The translations under genes and the position numbers were made by a program. A stretch of 64,000 bases of DNA. Source: PVC group bacterium (GTDB lineage: Bacteria; Verrucomicrobiota; Kiritimatiellia; CAIKKV01). The stretch lies in contig CAMDGM010000017.1 in NCBI GenBank assembly GCA_945898015.1, positions 4,410-68,409 on the forward strand. The letters are read 5' to 3'. Below are positions 44,347 to 53,212 of this stretch, one piece after another. The notes under the pieces are model-generated. The model worked only from the letters and a program-made list of their open reading frames with translations, had not been told where the DNA came from and did no database searches. The first letter of the stretch is position 1. Each line of letters starts with the position of its first letter.

Positions 44347-45474
44347 ATGCGCATTGCCCATTTTATGGATCGCGTCCCCTGCGGGGGCATCGGCACGGTG
44401 GTGGATCTGATTCATCGGGGCACGATCGCCGCGGGTCACGAGTCGCATGTCATTACCGGCGGACGTGATGAAGGGTGGGAGGACTGGCTCCTGTCCTCGC
44501 CCGACTGGAACGAGGACCTGGGTTTTCCCGATGAAATAACGGTGTTTTGGAAATGGCGGTATCGACGCCGTTTTTGCGAGGCCCTGTCGCGCCATCTGGT
44601 CGCGCTGGCGCCGGACGTGATTCATGTGCATAAAGTCCCGGTCCTGATCATGATTGAACCGGTTTTGCGCCGGCTGGGGATCCCTTCCGTATTGACGGTC
44701 CACGGCATCGTGAAGGGCTTTGCGGGCGGAGGGGCCGGCAACTTTTGGAACCGCCACGCTTTCCGCGGGGCACTGGCGGGAAGCCGGTGCCGGTGCGTGG
44801 CGGTGTCCGCCTCTGCCGCCCGATGTGTCGAGGAGGGTCTTGGCCTGGCACCGGGCCGGTTCAAGGTGCAGGGTAATCCCATTGATGAGGGTCGGTTTTC
44901 CGGGCGGGCCCCGGTGCTTCCGCCGCCCCGCTCCATTCTCATGTTGTCGAGGCTGGTCCGGATGAAACGCATCCAGACGGCCGTGCGCGCCCTGGCGGTG
45001 CTGGACGACAAGCCCGAGTTCCGGCTCCGCGTGGCGGGCAGCGGTCCGATGCAGGAGGAGCTGGAGGCGCTGGCGGACTCCCTGTCGCTGACGGCCCGCG
45101 TGGAGTTCCTGGGGGCCCGCCGGGATGTTCCGGATTTACTGCATGCGGCGGGCGTCGTGTGGCACTTGAGCAATTCCGAGGGTGGCCCGATGGTGGCGTT
45201 GGAAGCGATGGCGGCCCGGGTGCCGGTGGTGGTCACGGATGTGCCGGGAAGCGGAGAACTGGTGCAGCACGAGGTGAACGGGCTGGTGGTACCCCTTTCG
45301 AGTCCGCCGGCCGTGGCGGCCGCCACCCGGCGGCTCTGGCAGGATGAGGGGCTGCGGCAACGGGTGATTGAAGGCGGCCTGGCGACCGTGGTCCGTCATG
45401 GCGTGGCGCGGGTGGCCGCCGAGTATGTGGAGCATTACAAGGCGGCCGTGTCCGAGCATCACGCCAGGTATTGA
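44347..45474 (+). CDS. Glycosyltransferase family 4 (GT-B fold)
   Basis: N-terminal MRIAHFMDRVPCGGIG. C-terminal E-x7-E region SNSEGGPMVALEAMAARVPVVVTDVPGSGELV. Start taken at ATG 44347. Confidence 0.85.
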   Translation: MRIAHFMDRVPCGGIGTVVDLIHRGTIAAGHESHVITGGRDEGWEDWLLSSPDWNEDLGFPDEITVFWKWRYRRRFCEALSRHLVALAPDVIHVHKVPVLIMIEPVLRRLGIPSVLTVHGIVKGFAGGGAGNFWNRHAFRGALAGSRCRCVAVSASAARCVEEGLGLAPGRFKVQGNPIDEGRFSGRAPVLPPPRSILMLSRLVRMKRIQTAVRALAVLDDKPEFRLRVAGSGPMQEELEALADSLSLTARVEFLGARRDVPDLLHAAGVVWHLSNSEGGPMVALEAMAARVPVVVTDVPGSGELVQHEVNGLVVPLSSPPAVAAATRRLWQDEGLRQRVIEGGLATVVRHGVARVAAEYVEHYKAAVSEHHARY

Positions 45475-46268
45475 AGTGTTTTCCGGAGGCTTTCGGCCGA
45501 GGGCAGGGTGGGCATGTATTCCAGGGCGAAAACACCCTTATAGCCCATCTCCTCAAGCTGACGGACCAGGAACGGGTAGTTCGTTTCACCGAGCCAGAGC
45601 TCGTGTCGGCCGGGATGGCCAGCCGAGTGAATGTGGCCGATGACGTCCATGTTTTTCCGGAGGTGCCCGGTCAGGTCGCCTTCCATGATCTGGATGTGAT
45701 AACAGTCGAAGAGCAGCTTCAGGCGGGGGGAATTGACCTCGCGGCAGAGCGCGCCGCCCTCGTCGGACTGGGTCAGGAAATAATCCGGGTGATTCACCTT
45801 GTCGTTCAGCACTTCCAGCCACAGGTTGACGCCGGCCTTTTCCGCCTTCTCCGCCGTGGCTTTCAGTCCGTCGAGGACATTCGTCCGCATCTGCGAGGGG
45901 GAAAGGCCCTTCACCCGATTGCCGGTGCAGACGATGGCCGCCCCGATGTTGGCCTCGCGGCAGTAGGCCAGCGTGGCGTCTGTGCGTTGCAGCCATTCAG
46001 CCCGGCGGGCGGCGTCAGTCAGGCCGCCGCCCAGGCGGCCGTCCGGGGATCCGATCACCGCGCTGGTAATGGTCATGCCGGCTTTTTCAGCGGCGGCGCG
46101 GACGTGGGCCGCCTGTTTGGAGGCCCGGGCATCGGTGGCGCCGGCGACCGGCGCAAAATCGCCCATCCACATTTCTCCATATGAAAACCCCGCGTCGGCC
46201 GCCAGGGCGATGCGATCGAGGAACGGACGATCCGTAAATACCATTTCCAGACAGACCCCATACTGCAT
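45459..46268 (-). CDS. Xylose-isomerase-like TIM barrel protein (hydroxypyruvate isomerase-like)
   Basis: MQYGVCLEMVFTDRPFLDRIALAADAGFSYGEMW follows the Hyi-type N-terminal pattern. 269 aa. Confidence 0.7.
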   Translation of the reverse strand: MQYGVCLEMVFTDRPFLDRIALAADAGFSYGEMWMGDFAPVAGATDARASKQAAHVRAAAEKAGMTITSAVIGSPDGRLGGGLTDAARRAEWLQRTDATLAYCREANIGAAIVCTGNRVKGLSPSQMRTNVLDGLKATAEKAEKAGVNLWLEVLNDKVNHPDYFLTQSDEGGALCREVNSPRLKLLFDCYHIQIMEGDLTGHLRKNMDVIGHIHSAGHPGRHELWLGETNYPFLVRQLEEMGYKGVFALEYMPTLPSAESLRKTLQYLA

Positions 46269-46322
46269 AACCCGTTTTCCTTTTTTCTATGGACGTGGAC
46301 GTTTTTTTGACCCGGGGCGGTT

Positions 46323-47642
46323 TTACTTTTTTGCCAGCACTTTGTTGATGCCGTTGGCGATGGCCCGGCAATCGGCGGCGGTATAATGGGTGTGGGTCCT
46401 GATGACGATCGACCGGCCGAGATAATTGAGGGCTTGCGGGCACATGTCCTTTTTGTAGGCCGGCCGGTTCGCGGGCTTGACTCCGCTCCAGGGCAGGCCG
46501 TCCGGGGCCACTGATTTCTGCTCCATGATGTGATCCCAGTGGGAATAGATATGCCAATTCTTGATGTTGTTGTCGTAGATGCCGCCGGCGGGCACCCCCT
46601 CGGCCTGCATGGCCTTGCAGGCCCACTTGGTTTGTTCCACGTCGGGCATGAAGATGACGAGGTTGGATCCGACGGCGCCGTCCGGATCGGCCAGGCGCTG
46701 AAGCTTGACGCCGGCGGGCAGAACCAGGGCGTCCCGGATTCGCTTGAATGCCGCGCGGTAGCCGGCGATGATTTTATCGGCCTTGCGGATCTGCGCCAGG
46801 GCCACGGCCCCCTGGAGTTCGCTCATGCGGTAGTTTTCGCCGCAGAACAACTCCCCTTTGCCCCGCTCCGAGGCGTAGCGGTTCGGGCGCCAGCAGGCGG
46901 CGCAATCATGCCAGGACTGGGCGCGGGTGTAGAGCCACTCGTCGGGGGTGGTGATGAAGCCGCCTTCGCCGCTGTTCAGCACCTTGTAATAGTCGAAGCT
47001 GAAACAGCCGATGGTGCCGAGGCTGCCCAGCTTTTTTCCCCGGTAGGTGCCGCCCGCCGCCTGGGCCACATCCTCGATCAGCGCGATCTTGTGTTTGTCG
47101 GCCAGCGCCTTGAGTTCCGCCATCTGGGCGGGAAACCCGAGCATGTGCACGACGGTGATGGCCTTCGTGCGCGGGGTGATGAGGCGGGCGACGTCCTTGG
47201 GGTCGAGGGTCAGCGTGTCGTCCACGTCGGCGATCACGGGGATGGCGTTGCAGGCGCCCACCGCGGCGGCGGTCGCGAAAAAGGTGTAGGCCGGTACGAT
47301 GACTTCATCGCCCATGCCGACGCCCACCGCCCGCATGGCGGCAATCAGGGCCGAGGTGCAGGAGTTGACGGCGAGGCAGTGGGGCGACCCGATGAACGCG
47401 CCGAACGCTTTTTCGGCCGCGTCCACCTTGCTCGGGCGCGGATTGTAATAGCGGAAGAGATGCGGGCCCCGGATCGCCCGGGCTGATTTCCGCAGGGCGG
47501 TCGTCAGCGTCTTGCGGGTGGCCGCCGGGAGTTCCCACAGGTCGATGAGTTCGAGCAGTTCGTCCACGTGGATGGAGGAGGGATAGGGTCCCAGTTGTTT
47601 GACGGCCTTGACTCCGCCCTCGAGTGCCAATGGCTTGCCCAT
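46323..47642 (-). CDS. DegT/DnrJ/EryC1/StrS-family PLP-dependent aminotransferase (long form)
   Basis: AVNSCTSALIAAM, VPAYTFFATAAAV and the PLP-Lys context CFSFDYYKVLNSGEGG. Confidence 0.8.
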   Translation of the reverse strand: MGKPLALEGGVKAVKQLGPYPSSIHVDELLELIDLWELPAATRKTLTTALRKSARAIRGPHLFRYYNPRPSKVDAAEKAFGAFIGSPHCLAVNSCTSALIAAMRAVGVGMGDEVIVPAYTFFATAAAVGACNAIPVIADVDDTLTLDPKDVARLITPRTKAITVVHMLGFPAQMAELKALADKHKIALIEDVAQAAGGTYRGKKLGSLGTIGCFSFDYYKVLNSGEGGFITTPDEWLYTRAQSWHDCAACWRPNRYASERGKGELFCGENYRMSELQGAVALAQIRKADKIIAGYRAAFKRIRDALVLPAGVKLQRLADPDGAVGSNLVIFMPDVEQTKWACKAMQAEGVPAGGIYDNNIKNWHIYSHWDHIMEQKSVAPDGLPWSGVKPANRPAYKKDMCPQALNYLGRSIVIRTHTHYTAADCRAIANGINKVLAKK

Positions 47643-47725
47643 GATGTGAACTCCTGGTTGGGGTTAATTCAGTCGCCAGTGTAGGCCAGGCCCGAAAAAA
47701 TACAATATACAGGAAAGCATGTTAT

Positions 47726-48649
47726 TTGTATGATCTTGCAATGCCCAAACAGGCCCCATCCGCAGTGGAAATGAGTTATGGCTGGACCTGGCCGACCGCC
47801 CCGGCGGCGATGCCCGTGCTGGTCAACGCCACCCGCGCGGTCTGGACGGTGCCGCACGCCAGCCGGGGCACGCGGCACATCAATCCCTACTGGGTGCTGG
47901 ATTACAGCCTCTCGGATCTCGGCTTGTTCCGGGTCCGGAGCCGGTCGGCCCCCTGGCGCCGCCATGCGGCCGGCGAAGCCCTGCTGTATCCGCCGGGCAC
48001 GCCGTACTGGGAGGATCGGCGCCTGGCCAAGCGGCCCATCCGGAATGCCTGGCTGATGTTCCGCGGCGGCGCGGAGGCGGGGCTGGACGCGTGGGTGCGG
48101 CGCGCGGCCGGCTATTCGCGGTTTGTCGACCCGGAGGGGCGGCTGGGGCGGCTGATCGAGCAGGCGGCGGAAAGCGGCCAGCGGGACGGCGATGCCGGCT
48201 TCTGGAAAGCGATGGGGTTTTTATGCGAAGCCCTGGATTTGCTGCGGCACAGCGTGCCGATCGAGGCCGACACGTACCGGATTCCGGCGACGGTCATGCC
48301 GGAGACGCCGACGCTGGCGGTGGCGGCCACGGCTTTCCTGCGCGAGCATATGAGCCGCCGCCTGTCGCTGGCCGAACTGGCGCGGCATCTTCATGTCAGC
48401 GTCTCGACGCTCTCGCACCGGTATCGCGCCGAAACGGGCGAATCCCCGATTGCCACGCTCATCCGGCTGCGGATTCAGCAGGCCCGGAACCTCATGATGA
48501 AGGGCCAGCGCCTCAAAACGATTGCCGACGGGCTCGGATTCAGCGACGTGTATCACCTGTCCAAGATGTTCAAGCGCGTGGAAGGGCGGTCGCCCCGGCA
48601 GTTCATGCAGGCGCTCCAAGCGCCGGCGGGGCGGACGCGGATCCGGTAG
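47726..48649 (+). CDS. AraC-family transcriptional regulator
   Basis: C-terminal double HTH (LSLAELARHLHVSVSTLSHRYRAETGESP...IADGLGFSDVYHLSKMFKRVEGRSPRQF). Divergent from the aminotransferase gene. The start is uncertain. Confidence 0.85.
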   Translation: MYDLAMPKQAPSAVEMSYGWTWPTAPAAMPVLVNATRAVWTVPHASRGTRHINPYWVLDYSLSDLGLFRVRSRSAPWRRHAAGEALLYPPGTPYWEDRRLAKRPIRNAWLMFRGGAEAGLDAWVRRAAGYSRFVDPEGRLGRLIEQAAESGQRDGDAGFWKAMGFLCEALDLLRHSVPIEADTYRIPATVMPETPTLAVAATAFLREHMSRRLSLAELARHLHVSVSTLSHRYRAETGESPIATLIRLRIQQARNLMMKGQRLKTIADGLGFSDVYHLSKMFKRVEGRSPRQFMQALQAPAGRTRIR

Positions 48650-48770
48650 TCCCCCAGCGGCTATTTTTGGACTCCTTTGGAATTGACGCGCCGGATTAAT
48701 CATAGTAAAAACGGTACCCATTAAATCAACCGGAGCTGACTTCAAGGTTAACACATAAAGGAGCGACAGG

Positions 48771-49895
48771 ATGAAAGTTGGATTTTACGGACACGTGCGG
48801 CAGTATAATAACGTCAAAGCCGAAATCGACGCCAACATCAAGCGGGTGATCGAGAGCGGCGAGTACGTGATGGGGCCGATGCTCAAGCAGTTTGAAAAAG
48901 AGCTGGCTGATTTTCACGGAACCCAGTTCGCCATCGGCGTCGGCAACGGCACGGACGCGATCTGGCTGGCCCTCATGGCCATGAACATCGGCCCCGGCGA
49001 CGAGGTCATCACCCACCCGAACACGTTCTTCGCCACGGCGGAAGCGATCTGGGTTGTCGGCGCCACGGCGGTGTTCGTCGACTGCGATCCCAAGACGAAG
49101 TGCATCGATCCGACCAAGATCGAGGCGGCGATCACGGCCAAGACGAAGTGCATCATTCCCGTCCATCTGTACGGCCAGTGCGCCGACATGGCGGCCATCA
49201 AGAAGATCGCCGACAAGCATCACCTGAAGATCATCGAGGACAACGCCCAGGCCATTGATGCGGCCGGCGACACCTTCAAGATCGGCCAGCTCAGCGACGT
49301 GGCCACCACGAGCTTCATCATCCAGAAGAATCTCGGCACGTTCGGCGACAGCGGCGCCCTGGTCACGAACAACGCGGCCATTGATGCCCGCGTGCGGGTC
49401 CTGCGCAACCACGGCTCCACCAAGCGCAACGTGCACAGCTTCGGCTTCAACAGCCGCCTGGATGATCTGCACGCCGGCATCCTCAGCGCCAAGCTGAAGC
49501 ACATCCACGAGTGGAACGATCTGCGCATCAAGTGGGCGGCCCGTTACACCGAAGGCCTGAAGGGCGCGAAGTCCTTCCTGCTGCCGTACCAGACGCCCGG
49601 CTATCGCCACATTTATCATCTCTACTCGATCGAGGTGAAGAATCCGGCCAAGCGTGACGCGATGGTCGAGTTTCTGGTGCAGAACGGGGTCGATGCCAAG
49701 ACGCATTATTCCATCGCGATTCACAAGCAGGACGGCTATCCGTGGGGCAAGGAAGCCCGCATCGTCGGATCCGTGGCGAACGCCGAGCGCAACGCGGTCA
49801 CCTGCGTCAGCCTCCCGATGTTCCCGGAGCTGACAGCGGCGGAAGTCGATTACGTGATCCAGAAGGTCATGGAATGGGATAAGGCCAACGCGTAA
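48771..49895 (+). CDS. DegT/DnrJ/EryC1/StrS-family PLP-dependent aminotransferase
   Basis: GVGNGTDAIWLALMA, THPNTFFATAEAI and the PLP-Lys context TTSFIIQKNLGTFGDSGALVTN. Confidence 0.88.
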   Translation: MKVGFYGHVRQYNNVKAEIDANIKRVIESGEYVMGPMLKQFEKELADFHGTQFAIGVGNGTDAIWLALMAMNIGPGDEVITHPNTFFATAEAIWVVGATAVFVDCDPKTKCIDPTKIEAAITAKTKCIIPVHLYGQCADMAAIKKIADKHHLKIIEDNAQAIDAAGDTFKIGQLSDVATTSFIIQKNLGTFGDSGALVTNNAAIDARVRVLRNHGSTKRNVHSFGFNSRLDDLHAGILSAKLKHIHEWNDLRIKWAARYTEGLKGAKSFLLPYQTPGYRHIYHLYSIEVKNPAKRDAMVEFLVQNGVDAKTHYSIAIHKQDGYPWGKEARIVGSVANAERNAVTCVSLPMFPELTAAEVDYVIQKVMEWDKANA

Positions 49896-49912
49896 GCGTC
49901 GAATGGGTTTGT

Positions 49913-50012
49913 GTAGGCCGGGCGCTACGAGCCCGGCACGGCTGCGCGAAATGCCTGTCGGTTTTGAAGGCGCCAGGAAGTTGAGACGCCGGGCTCGTAG
50001 CGCCCGGCCTAC
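49913..50012. repeat. REPIN-like element: two inverted 25-bp REP-like units separated by 50 nt, followed by T7
   Basis: GTAGGCCGGGCGCTACGAGCCCGGC (49913-49937) is the exact reverse complement of 49988-50012. Each arm is GTAG plus an internal 7-bp palindrome (GCCGGGC-N7-GCCCGGC). TTTTTTT follows at 50013-50019. Confidence 0.75.
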
Positions 50013-50041
50013 TTTTTTTAGCAGGAGCAAGGAGACAGCCA

Positions 50042-51115
50042 ATGAGCGGACCTTTCAAAGTGATGATTGTCGGCATGGGCAAGCGCGGCATGCATCATGC
50101 CACGGCCTTTCAGGCGAACCCCAAGTTCCAGGTGACGGGCCTGTGCGACATCGACACCGTCAAGCTGGACGCGGCGGTGGCCAAAATCGGCGGTGGCGTC
50201 AAGGGCGGCGCCGACGCCGCCAAGCTGGCGAAGGACATCAAGCCCGATGTGTTCTGTTTCTGCACCATGCCGCACCTGCGCACGCCGTTTGTGAAGATGG
50301 CCTGCGAGGCGGGCGTCAAGCTGATCGCGTTCGAGAAGCCGGTGGCCTTGACGAGCGCCGAGGTGTTTACGCTCCGGGACCTGATCCGGCCGGCGGGCGT
50401 GAAGTGCGTGGTCAGCCACCAGCACCGGTATGGCGTCCATTACCGCAAGGTGCAGGAGATTATCGCGAGCGGGGCCCTGGGCCGCGTGCATACGGTGTAT
50501 GGCACGGCGACGGGCTGGATGACGCATATGCTGTCCCACCTGATCGAGTACACCCGCTGGTACAACGGCGAGGCCGAGGCCCAGTGGGCCATGGCCCAGG
50601 TGGCCGGTCGCGGCAAGTTTTCGGACAACCACCCGTCGCCGGATTACATTGCCGGATTCGTGCAATACGCCAACGGCGTGCGCGGCATTTACGAATGCGG
50701 CGCCGGCGCTCCCGACCAGCCCGAAGTGGCCAAGTGGTGGGGCAAGTGCCGCATGGGCGCGCAGGGCACGGAAGGTTTTGCGGAGGTGCTGACCAACGGC
50801 GGCTGGCGTGCGGTCACGAAGAGCGGCGGATTCCAGAGCGGCGAAGGCGTGATGAACTACGAGCTCGATATGCCGCCGTATATCCAGGACATGGCCGACT
50901 GGCTGGACGGACTCCGGGTGCATCCCTGTAATTTCGAAAGCGCGTGCAAGGGCGCGGAGATCATGCTGGCGCTCCAGCGGTCCGCCGCCCAGGGCGGGCA
51001 GGTGTCCTTGCCCCTGACGGCGCCGGCGAACGAGCAGGAGCTGCTCAAGGCGAAGGTGTCGGAGGCGAAGGTGATGGTGTCCTCCTCCGAAAATGCCAAA
51101 GAATACGGGGTCTGA
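50042..51115 (+). CDS. Gfo/Idh/MocA-family NAD(P)-dependent oxidoreductase
   Basis: N-terminal Rossmann motif FKVMIVGMGKRGMHHA and the EKP motif (IAFEKPVA). AAGGAG RBS upstream. Confidence 0.8.
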   Translation: MSGPFKVMIVGMGKRGMHHATAFQANPKFQVTGLCDIDTVKLDAAVAKIGGGVKGGADAAKLAKDIKPDVFCFCTMPHLRTPFVKMACEAGVKLIAFEKPVALTSAEVFTLRDLIRPAGVKCVVSHQHRYGVHYRKVQEIIASGALGRVHTVYGTATGWMTHMLSHLIEYTRWYNGEAEAQWAMAQVAGRGKFSDNHPSPDYIAGFVQYANGVRGIYECGAGAPDQPEVAKWWGKCRMGAQGTEGFAEVLTNGGWRAVTKSGGFQSGEGVMNYELDMPPYIQDMADWLDGLRVHPCNFESACKGAEIMLALQRSAAQGGQVSLPLTAPANEQELLKAKVSEAKVMVSSSENAKEYGV

Positions 51116-51118
51116 TTC

Positions 51119-51907
51119 ATGGAAGTGATCATCCGGGATGACGCGGGGCAGGCGGCCCAGCTTGTGGCGAGGCTGATTGCCCGTGAGATCCGGGTCAAGC
51201 CGGACCTCGTGCTGGGGCTGGCCACCGGCCGCACCATGGAGCAGGTTTACAGCCGGCTCGCCACGCTCCATCGCGAGACGGGGTTGAGCTTTGCCCGCGT
51301 GCGGACCTTCAACCTGGATGAGTATATCGGGTTGCCGGTGGATCACCCCAGTTCGTACCGGCGGTACATGAACGAGCACCTTTTCTCGAAGGTGGATATC
51401 CGTCTCGAAAACACGCATCTGCCGAATGGCATGGCGGCGGATTTGAATGCCGAATGCGCTGCCTATGAACGGCGGATGCGCGAATGGGGCGGCATCGACC
51501 TGCAGCTTCTGGGGATCGGGAGTGACGGGCATATCGGATTCAACGAGCCGTTGTCGGCGTTGCAGTCCCGCACGCGCGAGAAGGCGCTAACGCCCTCCAC
51601 GCTCCGGCAGAACGCCGCGATGTTCGGCGGCGACCTGGCGAAGGTGCCGCGGCGGGCCATTACGATGGGGGTGGGCACGATCCTGGAGAGCCGGCGCTGC
51701 GTGATGCTGGTGACCGGGGAGAGCAAGTCCGGCATTGTGGCTCAGGCCGTCGAGGGCCCGATCACGGCCATGGTGTCGGCCTCGGCGTTGCAGTTGCATC
51801 CCCATTGCACGGTGATTGTGGACGAGGCGGCAGCGGACGGACTGAAGGGCAAGGATTATTACCGCTGGATTTTCGCCAACGAGCCGGAGTGGGCCGAGTT
51901 CCGGTAG
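51119..51907 (+). CDS. nagB: Glucosamine-6-phosphate deaminase
   Basis: GLATGRT, FNLDEYIG and LLGIGSDGHIGFNEP motifs. Confidence 0.9.
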   Translation: MEVIIRDDAGQAAQLVARLIAREIRVKPDLVLGLATGRTMEQVYSRLATLHRETGLSFARVRTFNLDEYIGLPVDHPSSYRRYMNEHLFSKVDIRLENTHLPNGMAADLNAECAAYERRMREWGGIDLQLLGIGSDGHIGFNEPLSALQSRTREKALTPSTLRQNAAMFGGDLAKVPRRAITMGVGTILESRRCVMLVTGESKSGIVAQAVEGPITAMVSASALQLHPHCTVIVDEAAADGLKGKDYYRWIFANEPEWAEFR

Positions 51908-51999
51908 TTCTTCCGGCCAGCCGGGGGGTTGGGGACGTCCTCTTTTGAGGCCCAGAAACGTTTCGCTTTTCGCGCTTGCCAGTTTCTGGACAGTTTAGG

Positions 52000-52019
52000 G
52001 TGCCTAAAAAGGCACTTTT
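52000..52019 (+). terminator. Putative rho-independent terminator after nagB
   Basis: GTGCCT-AAAA-AGGCAC hairpin followed by TTTT. Confidence 0.5.
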
Positions 52020-52110
52020 GTGCCGTTATGGCGCTATATGGGAAAAGCACGATTTGCAGGGGAAACCCTCAAAACCTGCCGAAAAGGCCATATAATCAGG
52101 GGTTTTTAAT

Positions 52111-52184
52111 TGGAGGCGCGAACCGGAATTGAACCGGTGTACGAGGTTTTGCAGACCTCTGCCTAACCACTCGGCCATCGCGCC
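52111..52184 (-). tRNA. tRNA-Cys (anticodon GCA), CCA encoded
   Basis: The minus strand folds as a 74-nt cloverleaf. Acceptor stem GGCGCGA/TCGCGCC. Anticodon arm GAGGT-CTGCAAA-ACCTC (GCA flanked by U33 and A37). T arm ACCGG-TTCAATT-CCGGT. Discriminator U plus CCA. Confidence 0.9.
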
Positions 52185-52209
52185 GCGAAAGTACCGAAAG
52201 AAGACGGAG

Positions 52210-52311
52210 TTAAGCCGTCTTTTTCTTAGCCACTTTGGCTTCTTCTTTTTTCCGCTTGTGCCAGAGTTTGCGACGCGTTCTCTTGACTCGGGCTCTCAGT
52301 TGCTGTCCCAT
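52210..52311 (-). CDS. Putative 33-aa highly basic small protein (unlisted ORF)
   Basis: The minus strand has ATG at 52311 and TAA at 52210-52212, encoding MGQQLRARVKRTRRKLWHKRKKEEAKVAKKKTA. An AGGA lies about 8 nt upstream. It is below the ORF-track length cutoff, and I recognised no family. Confidence 0.3.
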   Translation of the reverse strand: MGQQLRARVKRTRRKLWHKRKKEEAKVAKKKTA

Positions 52312-52423
52312 ACGTGATCCTGCCTGTCTGGATGGTTCTTTGACGTCTATGAAAACGCGGTCTATGATAGCGGAAACCGGCTTCGATTCAACACTTAATT
52401 ACAGACGCCCGGTTTTTTCGGGT

Positions 52424-53212
52424 TTAGGCCGGCAAAATACGGGCGAGAATGCGCCGGGCATTGAGGGAGAGGATTTTCAGTTTATCGGCGTCGGGAAGGG
52501 CGGCGCCGAGCACTTTTCCGATCTGCTGGGCCGGACTGAAGAAATAGCTGTCCGAGCCCCACACGACCTTGTCGGCGCCGGCGCCGCGGGCGAGCCGTTC
52601 GATCAAGCCGCGGGGGGAGGCGCTAAGGGCCGTGTCGAGATATACGTTCGGGCAGTCGCGCGCGATGGCGATATAATCGGCTTCATGGGTCGATCCGGCG
52701 TGGGCGAGGAGGAAGGACAGGCCGGGATAGCGAGCGGTCAGGGCGCGCACGGCCTGAAATTCGCGGGGTTCCCCCCAGGTGTGGAGCAACACCGGCATGC
52801 ACCGCCGGGCGCAGGCTTCATAGGCCGGCTCGTAGGCGGGATCGTCGTAGGAGAAGGCGTTGACATTGTGGAGTTTCAGGCCGGTGAAGGGGTGGGCCAG
52901 GCAGCGCCCGGTTTCTTCTCGCACGGCGGCGGCGGAGGCGGGCCAGACTGAGAAATAGCCGAGAATCCGGCCGGGAAAGCGGCGCATGGCCAGAAGGACC
53001 TGATCGTTGCCCCAGGCGACGTCCGCGGACATGCATCGCATATGGCTGCAGACGATCCGGGCGATTCCGATCCGGTCCATGGCGGCCACCATCCCGTCCA
53101 GCGAGAGGTCGGGAATGCCGAAGTTGAAATAACCGATATGGCCATGCAGGTCCGACAGGTCGAGTTCGTTCAGGGGGTTGCCCTGGCGGGCGCGTTCGAG
53201 CAGGGAGGTCAT
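52424..53212 (-). CDS. Amidohydrolase-2-type metal-dependent hydrolase
   Basis: HxH motif in LSDLHGHIGYF. TIM-barrel hydrolase-like spacing of later His/Asp residues (LLHTWG, LLAHAG, VVWGSD). Start taken at MTSLLERA (ATG 53212), overlapping the upstream stop as ATGA. Confidence 0.7.
   Translation of the reverse strand: MTSLLERARQGNPLNELDLSDLHGHIGYFNFGIPDLSLDGMVAAMDRIGIARIVCSHMRCMSADVAWGNDQVLLAMRRFPGRILGYFSVWPASAAAVREETGRCLAHPFTGLKLHNVNAFSYDDPAYEPAYEACARRCMPVLLHTWGEPREFQAVRALTARYPGLSFLLAHAGSTHEADYIAIARDCPNVYLDTALSASPRGLIERLARGAGADKVVWGSDSYFFSPAQQIGKVLGAALPDADKLKILSLNARRILARILPA

Noticed and set aside
48726-51532. 438-aa and 504-aa minus-strand ORFs opposite the DegT, Gfo/Idh/MocA and nagB genes
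   Set aside because: These are antisense artefacts (Arg/His/Leu/Pro-rich). One of them even reads through the REPIN element.
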